From positions 4,402,001 to 4,466,000 of the forward strand of contig OZ287753.1 in the NCBI GenBank assembly GCA_965649765.1: a DNA stretch of 64,000 bases. Reading direction: 5' to 3'. The notes below the pieces were generated by a model. The model did not search any database. It saw only the letters and a list, made by a program, of their open reading frames with translations, and was not told the origin of the DNA. This document shows, piece after piece, positions 40,401 to 48,750 of this stretch. Position 1 is the first letter of the stretch; the number at the start of each line of letters is the position of its first letter. The translations under genes were made by a program, and so were the position numbers. The DNA is from Bispira polyomma (lineage: Eukaryota).

Positions 40401-41378
40401 TTATTCCTGGTTATATTTTATGTGCAATGTTTAGGGCAATGCAGAGCACCAACTGAAAACATATTTTTGAACCTATATTCACAGCAGGTTAAGAAGTAGA
40501 GGACCCATGCTGTGGCCTCATTCAAAACAGTACCACACAGTCACTCAATTGGCCGGAAAGCCAATGCCTATTTCCTCCTTTAGATAAATCTTAAAAATCT
40601 AGTGGGAAATTCAGTATGAAAACGTAGTGACAACTTCTGGTTAAGCTTGTAACAAAAATATTTGAACCGGTATTTGTATATATTGATATATAATGTTGTC
40701 ATATATAAGTATCATTGCAGGTTACCTAACAACTCATCAATGCGGCATCTCATGGTCATTGTACAATCAACAATCTTTGAAATAAATAAAAACTGAACAC
40801 TTCTTTGTTCAAAGTATGTCAAGTTTCAGAAGAAGTATCTCCAAAACAAATTGCTTATTAGATTAGTTTTATCACACTCTTCAATGACTCTTCAATGACC
40901 CTAAAAATCTATGACTTTGAAACTCTACTTAAGCACAAACACCTTTACAGCTATCTGTTAATGACCATGTGTTGATGAACAAATGTTGATTCAGGGCCCA
41001 CTATTTAGTGGACACCCTACTTTACTGTCCCAAGTCATGATTAGATGGTGCCTTAGTTGTAGCTTTTATTATTTTAAAGATGGTCATTTTTCCGACAAAT
41101 CCAGTCAAATTTATTTATACACTGGTTTCAATTAACTGAGATGATCACAACGATATCACACAATGATATGGAAAAGGCTTTTCAAACATTATTACGTGCC
41201 ACTATCCATTAAAATCCCGAAGAACAAACAACCATTGTTATTAATATTTTTAGGAAAAGTAAATATTTTTCAAAGTAAGAGTGTTTCACAACACTTTGTA
41301 GCTCGAAACATATTACATTTGAGGATTGGGCTTGAAAAAAAGGTCAGAAATTTAAAGTAAAGGTAAAAATTCCAAATA

Positions 41379-41771
41379 CAGTGCCCTATTTGACCTTGAA
41401 GTGATGATAACTAAATAAGAGAATAGCCTTGGGATAATTAGTTTATTCTATGTTAATCTACTTTATATACAGAACTGAAGACTAAGCCCACCGGGTTTAA
41501 GGTTGTCATAAGTGACAGCTTAAACTGAGATTAAGAAAGTTTAAGTTAAGGTTACCCTAACGTGAGATTAAGTTTCCAAGTATAAGGTCATCTTAATTTA
41601 AGATGCCAAGATGAGATTAAGGCCATCTTAACTTGAAGATGGTGTTTTAAGTTTAGGTTAACCTTAAATAGAGTTTTTATTTTATTTGAGTTTTGAGCTT
41701 GTGACACAGGAGGGCTTAGCCTTGATAACATGAGTATATTAATTTATGTATATTTTAAAGTAAAACAACAC
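41379..41771 (-). repeat. Split direct repeat B2 (393 bp)
   Basis: Matches B1 (42762-43154) with 3 mismatches seen. Confidence 0.95.
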
Positions 41772-42561
41772 ATTAATATAGTTAGAATAAAGCACTAACA
41801 TGAATAAAGTGTAGGAGAGTGTAAAGTAAAAAGAAAATAAAAGCAACCCTGTTCTAGCTAAAAGACTAAAAATAAACTAAAAGCACATCTAGTTTAGAGT
41901 CCCGTGAAACCTTATGTGATGTACTCAGCCTTACTTGCTCGCCTAATGCCAGCCCTTGTTACATTCGCAGAGGTTGCAAATCGAGTAAATCGAGTTACAA
42001 TTTGTACATTAAGGTATTTGCTGCACTTGATCTTGTGAGTAGATGGATCAGTGAGGCTTGATTGCTGATAGACACAGAGCCTTTGTATGGACCATTGTTC
42101 CATGCAATCTGAAACTATACACTAACAGTTAGACGTGTTCAATGTGTGAGGGCAACCTGTGCCTTTACTTTTTGTACATATACATTTACAACATTCTTTG
42201 ACATTTAAATCATGAAATACAATACTGAAAACATTAATGTGAAATACAATCTGTGAAGAGGTTATATCTTCTCCTGGCTGCAGCTATAAAAGAAAGAGGG
42301 TCCCATTAAGGGGGCTGGTGGTAAACCAGTCAAGGGTTGGAGACAGCAAGGAGGGACTCCTGAGGGACCCCAAGGAGGCACCGAGGTGAAAGACTGCAGT
42401 CGAGCTATGCTGCTGACAGGTCAAAGCCCCGCCCCGGCACCCCCCCGCCCCCCCCTGCGCATGAGGGCGTGAAGTGGAAGAACAGGAGCCCCAACTTGCG
42501 CAGCTTGCTCCCAGACGACGCTATAGCTGAAAAACAGGCGTAAGTAGGGGATGAGGGTGGG

Positions 42562-42761
42562 AACAAATTGTATATATTAAAAATGGCGTACTGCCTTGTT
42601 GACTTTAAGCTTAATAATGAACCCCTTAGGCTATATGGCGGGAATTCTTGCCTTAATTGGGTTAATTAGCACCAATCATTTCTGGGGTCATCAGGACAAG
42701 AATGGTTTTACTAAAGGTCTTACTAGCACTGACCCTGCTAGCCCCTCCGGGCTACCTTACA
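42562..42761 (-). repeat. Split direct repeat A2 (200 bp)
   Basis: Matches A1 (48253-48452) with 1 mismatch seen; abuts B1. Confidence 0.95.
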
Positions 42762-43154
42762 CAGTGCCCTATTTGACCTTGAAGTGATGATAACTAAATA
42801 AGAGAATAGCCTTGGGATAATTAGTTTATTCTATGTTAATCTACTTTATATACAGAACTGAAGACTAAGCCCACCGGGTTTAAGGTTGTCATAAGTGACA
42901 GCTTAAACTGAGATTAAGAAAGTTTAAGTTAAGGTTACCCTAACGTGAGATTAAGTTTCCGAGTATAAGGTCATCTTAATTTAAGATGCCAAGATGAGAT
43001 TAAGGCCATCTTAACTTGAAGATGGTGTTTTAAGGTTAGGTTAACCTTAAATAGAGTTTTTATTTTATTTGAGTTTTGAGTTTGTGACACAGGAGGGCTT
43101 AGCCTTGATAACATGAGTATATTAATTTATGTATATTTTAAAGTAAAACAACAC
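42762..43154 (-). repeat. Split direct repeat B1 (393 bp)
   Basis: Starts 10 nt after the YR stop codon; copy of B2. Confidence 0.95.
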
Positions 43155-43164
43155 CAAACCCAAC

Positions 43165-44153
43165 TTAGGAAGTAGGGAGAGAAAGCAAGTTTTGAAAAGC
43201 CAGGGCTACTTTGTCTGAGGCGTTATGATCTGTTGTTATGTATTTCCAGACACACTCAGACGTCCAAGTGCCATGGCTTTGAATTTCTTGTAGAGGGACA
43301 TGGTTATTGAAAGCCAGGGTGGCACCCGATCGTCTGAAATCATGAAAGGAAATTGGGGATTGATTTAAACTGAGTCTTGACAAAATTTGCTTTAGGTTAT
43401 GTCTTATTTTTGAATCTGTGAGAGGGGCCCATCCATTTGCTGCCTTAAACTGAAACAGAGGTGAATTATTTGAGCCTGGACAAATGGCAAGAAGGTTTGT
43501 TATGGCTGCCACTGGGCACAAGACTGAGTTGTGTATACGTGGAACTTTAAGAATTTTGATTGAATTTCTGTTTTGGAGAGTCTTGGACCATTTAATAATA
43601 AGTTGAAGCCCCGGGGGTGCAAATAACACATCAGCCCTGGCCAACTGTTCTAGCGGATTGTAGGTAGCCACCGTGTGTGGGACCAGGTTAGAAATCCTTA
43701 AAAAGGAAAAAAAGGCTAGTAGATAGGCTGCCTTAAACACCTGGCCCATGTACATTGAATCACAGGTTTGTACTATTTGAGTTAGCAGGGAGATGTCAAT
43801 GACTTTATTGATTTTAGCTTTGAAAGGTCTTTGTAGAATCATTGCTTTTTGAAAGTATTTTATACGTGGATCTGCAAATGGACTTGTGTCAATGCCATAT
43901 AGGCTAAGTTTTGCTTTTATAGCGGACAAATAGTTGGCAATTGATGGCTGGGATACTTTACTGGCTAATAGAACCTGCAGAAATGAAAGAACAAATAAAA
44001 CTGAAATCTGTGTCAAATCGACACCTACAAATACTGTGTAAGCAATAAAAACCTTGAACATATTTTGGTAGGCCTGCTGAGTGGCAGGCCTGAAGGCTTG
44101 ATGGGCTGTGTGAGCCGCTTGACCTGCTAGCCGACGCGCCAAGGGGGGTAAAT
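43165..44153 (-). CDS. Tyrosine recombinase (no ATG at the ORF start; probably a spliced 3' exon)
   Basis: Catalytic set LRISNL, KWSKT, HDFRRSGA, HGTW, WKY; preceded by acceptor tttatttcag. Confidence 0.92.
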
Positions 44154-44163
44154 CTGAAATAAA

Positions 44164-46683
44164 TTATATACTCCAGTCAATTGCCAACATTTGCTCTGGG
44201 ACAGTCACCCAGCATGGGTCTGTTACTAATTGGTGTAATATATTTTCTGGGTGACTGACCTTGTGCCACCTAGATAACAAATCTGCTGTTACATTAAGTT
44301 TGCCTAAAATGTGGACTGGCCTGATATTAATGTCCGCTTTGGCTACTTCCATAAAAATGTTGCGTGCAATTGCTGTCAGGGTTAGATCTCTGGTTTTGCC
44401 TGAGTTAAGAATTGTTACTACCGCTTGGTTATCACAATGAATGACCAGTTTTTTGCCTTGCCATATATCTTGCCACACTCTTAGGGCTACTAATATATTC
44501 AGCATTTCTAGATGCACTATGGTCATATCTAAGTAATTGGGAGGAAGTTCCTTTGTGTACACTATGTTATTACATCTGCCACCCAGACCCGTTAAGCACG
44601 CGTCTAGTTCAATATGGTCAGTGACCGGGCTATGGTCGAAGAATGCTTTGCCATTGAATTTGCCTACAAATTTTGTGAACCAATTTAGATCTTGGAAAAA
44701 GGGGAACTCGAGCCTAATTTGTTTTGTGTCATGAGCGTTACGTAAGACGTCGAGCATTCTATTTAGAAACACTCTGGCTACCCTTACGCACTTGGATATG
44801 TAGAGAAGCGAGCCCAGCAGTGATTGTAATTCTCTTTTGGAGCAATGTTTTTTATCTACCCAGGTGTGACATATTTGAATAATTAGGCTTAATTTTGCAG
44901 GTGGAACTTCCACTGTAAAGTTTTTTGCGTCAATAAGGACTCCAAGACAAGTTACTCTGCTGGTCGGAGGGACGAGCTTTTTTGCACTTATCGCGAAACC
45001 TAGATCTTTGACGAGTTCCTGCAAAGTTTTATAGGCGTCATGGACGTCAGGTGCGTTGCCATACCCAATGACGTCGTCGATATAGTTGACGACGTCATAG
45101 CCTCTGACGCGCATCATGAAGCGCATTGCGTCACTGAGGCGCTGAAAAAGAGCACTTCCGTGCCTGTAGCCAAAGGGCAGGCACGTATCTACGTAGTATT
45201 CCTTTAGTTTGAGGCCTAGCAAGTCGTACTCCGCTGGGTCTAACTTGATGTGGCGAAACGCACGACTTATGTCTAGCTTATAGATAAGGGCATTTCTGCC
45301 CAATTTTATGATCTCGTTGGTGACATCGTCAATGGTGGGAAGTGTTAACAAAAATTTTGAGCCCAGGTATTGATTTGGACGTATAGCTGCGTTAACTGAT
45401 TGACCCCGAGGAAAGCTTAAATCTATAATAACCCTTCTGTGAGGGGCGCCAGGTTTTTCCCTCGTCATAAACGGGGATATATGTAAATCCTTGATCGGGG
45501 GTTCTTTAAAAGGGCCTAATATGGCACCATGATTTTTCTCTTCAGTCAGGTAAGCTTTAACGTCATCTGTGAACTCACACGCCGAGAGGTGATTTTGATC
45601 TTTATGTGCTAATTTACAAGTCCTGTCAAAGTCAAGGGGAAAACCATACTGGATTAAAAACGGTAATTGGGTGTCCCAATAACCCTTTAGGAGTTCTTTC
45701 CAGCGCACGTGGTTAAGTTCCGAATCGACAGTGAATTGCTTGTTCATGAAATTGAATTTATTGCTGTCTTTTATTTCTTTGTGGAGCTGCAGAGCTGAAA
45801 AGTTATGCTCGTTTCCTTGATCAGTTGGGGGGTTTTCTAAGGGGCCCAGAGGAATATAACCAAATTTGGCCCGATTTTGACTATTCCATTTTTGAAAAGT
45901 CTCGTCAGTTTTAGCATTGGCTAGTACTTCCCTATGCCGAGGTTTTACCTGTAATTGAAGGTTGTATTTGTCGTCGTGTGTGTCAGCAGAATAAGTAATT
46001 ATTTTGCCTTTGTGTAATGGGCTAGTAGTGACACGAGTATCGCATTCCGGGATATCACACTCAATGACGGATAGAAGGGGTTCAAATCGGTTGCGGAGCT
46101 TGACTGCATTGTGTTGCTTGATTGGTATTTTACCACTAGAGGATTTGTCAACCTTTCCATCCTTAGTATTTGATTGTACTGTGGAACCCACACACAATGC
46201 TGTTTTATTGTCAATACCTTTTTGGCTACGCACACTTGTAGCTCTGAATGGGCTAGTAGAATCTGACCGTACACATTTATTGTTATTTACACTATACACA
46301 CTATTAGGGTGACTGCTGGGGAGAGTTTTGACCTTCGGCAAGCTTTTGTTATGTTTGTTTATTTCGCCTTGAAATTGGCTGTTTGCTTTAATGACATTTA
46401 GGGGTTTTTGCTGCACAACTTGTGCATAGGATTTATGTACAAACCTGGCCCAGTCTGCCCTCCAGTTGTCACTCCTACCATTATATACACAAGAATTATG
46501 AATGTTTCTTACAGAGGTGAAACGTGTTCTGCTCTGATATTCACTATATCTGTCAGTCTTATTGTCATTGTTGAGCGGCACTGCAGTTTTGCAGTGCCTT
46601 ACTCGTTTTTTGCATTGTTTTTCCTTCTGCAATCTTTTTCCGAATGTGGGAGATTTTTGCCTAGAGCAGAGCACGTTGCACAA
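44164..46683 (-). CDS. pol: Pol: reverse transcriptase plus RNase H, DIRS/Ngaro type, 839 aa
   Basis: RVIIDLS, LDISRAFRH, LPFG, YIDD, CLG; RNase H motifs DACLTG, EMLN, CDNQ, ADLLSR. Confidence 0.95.
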   Translation of the reverse strand: MCNVLCSRQKSPTFGKRLQKEKQCKKRVRHCKTAVPLNNDNKTDRYSEYQSRTRFTSVRNIHNSCVYNGRSDNWRADWARFVHKSYAQVVQQKPLNVIKANSQFQGEINKHNKSLPKVKTLPSSHPNSVYSVNNNKCVRSDSTSPFRATSVRSQKGIDNKTALCVGSTVQSNTKDGKVDKSSSGKIPIKQHNAVKLRNRFEPLLSVIECDIPECDTRVTTSPLHKGKIITYSADTHDDKYNLQLQVKPRHREVLANAKTDETFQKWNSQNRAKFGYIPLGPLENPPTDQGNEHNFSALQLHKEIKDSNKFNFMNKQFTVDSELNHVRWKELLKGYWDTQLPFLIQYGFPLDFDRTCKLAHKDQNHLSACEFTDDVKAYLTEEKNHGAILGPFKEPPIKDLHISPFMTREKPGAPHRRVIIDLSFPRGQSVNAAIRPNQYLGSKFLLTLPTIDDVTNEIIKLGRNALIYKLDISRAFRHIKLDPAEYDLLGLKLKEYYVDTCLPFGYRHGSALFQRLSDAMRFMMRVRGYDVVNYIDDVIGYGNAPDVHDAYKTLQELVKDLGFAISAKKLVPPTSRVTCLGVLIDAKNFTVEVPPAKLSLIIQICHTWVDKKHCSKRELQSLLGSLLYISKCVRVARVFLNRMLDVLRNAHDTKQIRLEFPFFQDLNWFTKFVGKFNGKAFFDHSPVTDHIELDACLTGLGGRCNNIVYTKELPPNYLDMTIVHLEMLNILVALRVWQDIWQGKKLVIHCDNQAVVTILNSGKTRDLTLTAIARNIFMEVAKADINIRPVHILGKLNVTADLLSRWHKVSHPENILHQLVTDPCWVTVPEQMLAIDWSI
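46577..46611 (-). promoter_or_regulatory. Predicted -1 ribosomal frameshift signal (A AAA AAC, 6-nt spacer, 9-bp hairpin)
   Basis: Minus strand reads gcA AAA AAC GAG TAA ggcactgca-aaac-tgcagtgcc; pol is in the -1 frame relative to gag. Confidence 0.75.
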
Positions 46684-47657
46684 ACATGGGAATACAGTCT
46701 ACCAGCCGTCTCATGGTCCCCTTTTTGAGGACATGTACCTTTCTGAAAGTAAGTACACGGCATACCTCTTTTACTGTTACTTTTGTTTTGACCCTGGGAA
46801 TGTGAAATACCATGCAAATTTGATCCCCTTTGAGCATGAGCTCGCCGAATTCTGTCAATTTTTGGGGTTTCAAGCCAATTGACCTTGCCCTCCTCCATCT
46901 TACACAGGAGGACAGCATGGCTGCCTTTGGCAGCAATCCAACCAAAGTCATGGCAATCTTCCATTACCTCAGACATGTATTCAAGCATTGCGTTTCTTAC
47001 CTGGAGGTTAGTTTCTTCCCTTATTATTGTACTAAATCCAGATACCCATTGCGCCATAGACAAATTGTCATATGACATACGAGTTTTAGTTTGTCCGCCC
47101 AAAATAAAGTTTTGTGGCCACGGTACTTGTTGCCTGACCCAAACAGTCTCTGTTCCCCCCCTTTGTGACTTGAAATTACCTGTTTGGTTCATCTGCTGTA
47201 AGTCCTTCAGTCTGGTGTCCACAGCTCTCTGCAGTTGATCCGATTGTCTGAGGGTCTGGAGTGACGGTACCACGAGGTCATCTAACTCTGTGGTCCAGCG
47301 GGTCTGCTGCCTGCCATAATCTGTCGTGTGCAAGGGGTTAACCGGCTGAGGTAGGCTCGTTGACTGAGCACTTGAGAGTGAATGTTCGTTTATCACCGGT
47401 ACAGCTGATGCTCTCTGAACTGCATTAACTTTAGACTGTCCATCAGTTTCCACCCTCTTTTCAACTTCCGACATCCTGCTTCCTAGCTCTTTAAGCTCTT
47501 GGAGTATTCTCAAGTTTACCTCCGCTGACGACAGAGCAGAGTCACTAGCGCTACCTTCAGTACTAGTGTCAACATCCTGCCAGGGACAGTTCGCGTTAAT
47601 AGGTTTGGTATGCTTAGTGCCACATGCCGAACAGTTGTATAGTTTATGGGGTGCCAT
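46599..47657 (-). CDS. gag: Gag-like ORF1, 352 aa
   Basis: N-terminal CxxCxxxHx7C, coiled-coil-like segment, WPQ motif, C-terminal C-x7-C-x5-H and H-x-CxxC Cys/His cluster; homologous to ORF1 of the second element. Confidence 0.88.
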   Translation of the reverse strand: MAPHKLYNCSACGTKHTKPINANCPWQDVDTSTEGSASDSALSSAEVNLRILQELKELGSRMSEVEKRVETDGQSKVNAVQRASAVPVINEHSLSSAQSTSLPQPVNPLHTTDYGRQQTRWTTELDDLVVPSLQTLRQSDQLQRAVDTRLKDLQQMNQTGNFKSQRGGTETVWVRQQVPWPQNFILGGQTKTRMSYDNLSMAQWVSGFSTIIREETNLQVRNAMLEYMSEVMEDCHDFGWIAAKGSHAVLLCKMEEGKVNWLETPKIDRIRRAHAQRGSNLHGISHSQGQNKSNSKRGMPCTYFQKGTCPQKGDHETAGRLYSHVCATCSALGKNLPHSEKDCRRKNNAKNE

Positions 47658-47683
47658 CCCTCGTGCAGCGCATGTAGAGTTAC

Positions 47684-47973
47684 CTTATTACAGTTTCTAG
47701 TCCAAATTTCCGTGGGTTATAGTCTTTCCACTGTCAATGTTTATATCTAATTTCACTTATTGCAGTTTCTAGTTCAAAATTCCGTGGGTTATAGTCTTTC
47801 CACTGTCAATGTTTATATCTAATTGCACTTATTACAGTTTCTAGTCCAAATTTCCGTGGGTTATAGTCCTTCCACTGTCAATGTTTATATCGAATTTCAC
47901 TTATTGCAGTTTCTAGTTCAAAATTCCGTGGGTTATAGTCTTTCCACTGTCAATGTTTATATCTAATTGCACT
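47684..47973. repeat. 72-bp tandem repeat x4 (two 144-bp dimers) in the element 5' leader
   Basis: cttatt(a/g)cagtttctagt(c/t)caaa(t/a)ttccgtgggttatagtctttccactgtcaatgtttatatctaatt(t/g)ca with alternating variants. Confidence 0.95.
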
Positions 47974-48252
47974 GAAAAATAATATACACACTCGTGCTTT
48001 GATAATTGCGGATATTTGGGCGTGGGTTTTTCTAATATAATTTAGAAGACGATTAAATAATAATGAACTGAGAACGTCCCTTAACAAGTTGCCCCCACAA
48101 TAAAGCCAGAGCAATATGCGCATTTATCAAAGCATTTGATTCCTAGAAACAATCCAGTAGGATGGCTGGGCCTTCAGTTGGTCATCTAGTACATTCCGTG
48201 CTGTTTCGGTTTCAGGTTATAACATTAAAGTCCAAACAAAAACACACAGTAA

Positions 48253-48452
48253 AACAAATTGTATATATTAAAAATGGCGTCCTGCCTTGTTGACTTTAAG
48301 CTTAATAATGAACCCCTTAGGCTATATGGCGGGAATTCTTGCCTTAATTGGGTTAATTAGCACCAATCATTTCTGGGGTCATCAGGACAAGAATGGTTTT
48401 ACTAAAGGTCTTACTAGCACTGACCCTGCTAGCCCCTCCGGGCTACCTTACA
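48253..48452 (-). repeat. Split direct repeat A1 (200 bp), 5' terminus
   Basis: Begins TGTAAG on the minus strand; copy of A2. Confidence 0.95.
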
Positions 48453-48654
48453 AACACTTGACATAAAAACATTACCAGATAAATCTTTTTATAACAGATA
48501 TTTGGATTGATGGGTTACTATACCTGTCTAAAAATGTATGTAAATTATCAGCAAAATTGTTATTCTTCTTAAACATGTTACTATTATATTTTTGTGTCAA
48601 ATTTGCATACTTGAATCTTTCTATGATGTTTCCCATACCCAGTTACAATGTCGC

Positions 48655-48750
48655 AAGGAGAGAACTAAGGTGGGAAGCTAAGGTGGGTAGGCAAGGTTAA
48701 AGAGATAGTTTTTAAACTTTTTCCTAAAACCGATGAGTGTATCAACTGAA
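48655..48750 (-). mobile_element. Small L2 3' fragment
   Basis: Reverse complement resembles 272-342. Confidence 0.6.

Larger units (their letters stand above)
41379..48452 (-). mobile_element. Intact tyrosine-recombinase retrotransposon with split direct repeats (Ngaro-like, order DIRS)
   Basis: A1-gag-pol(RT/RH)-YR-B1-A2-spacer-B2 layout; all three ORFs open; no methyltransferase domain visible; ends defined by the paralogous empty site aaata|aacacttgac at about 53665. Confidence 0.95.

Noticed and set aside
41912-42103. 63-aa ORF in the element 1 spacer
   Set aside because: No recognisable domain (not the hydrolase seen in some Ngaro elements) and no counterpart in element 2.
44537-47238. 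Plus-strand ORFs overlapping gag/pol, and minus-strand ORFs over element 2
   Set aside because: Antisense shadows of coding sequence.
47684-47973. CRISPR-like appearance of the 72-bp repeats
   Set aside because: No unique spacers, no cas genes, eukaryotic context.
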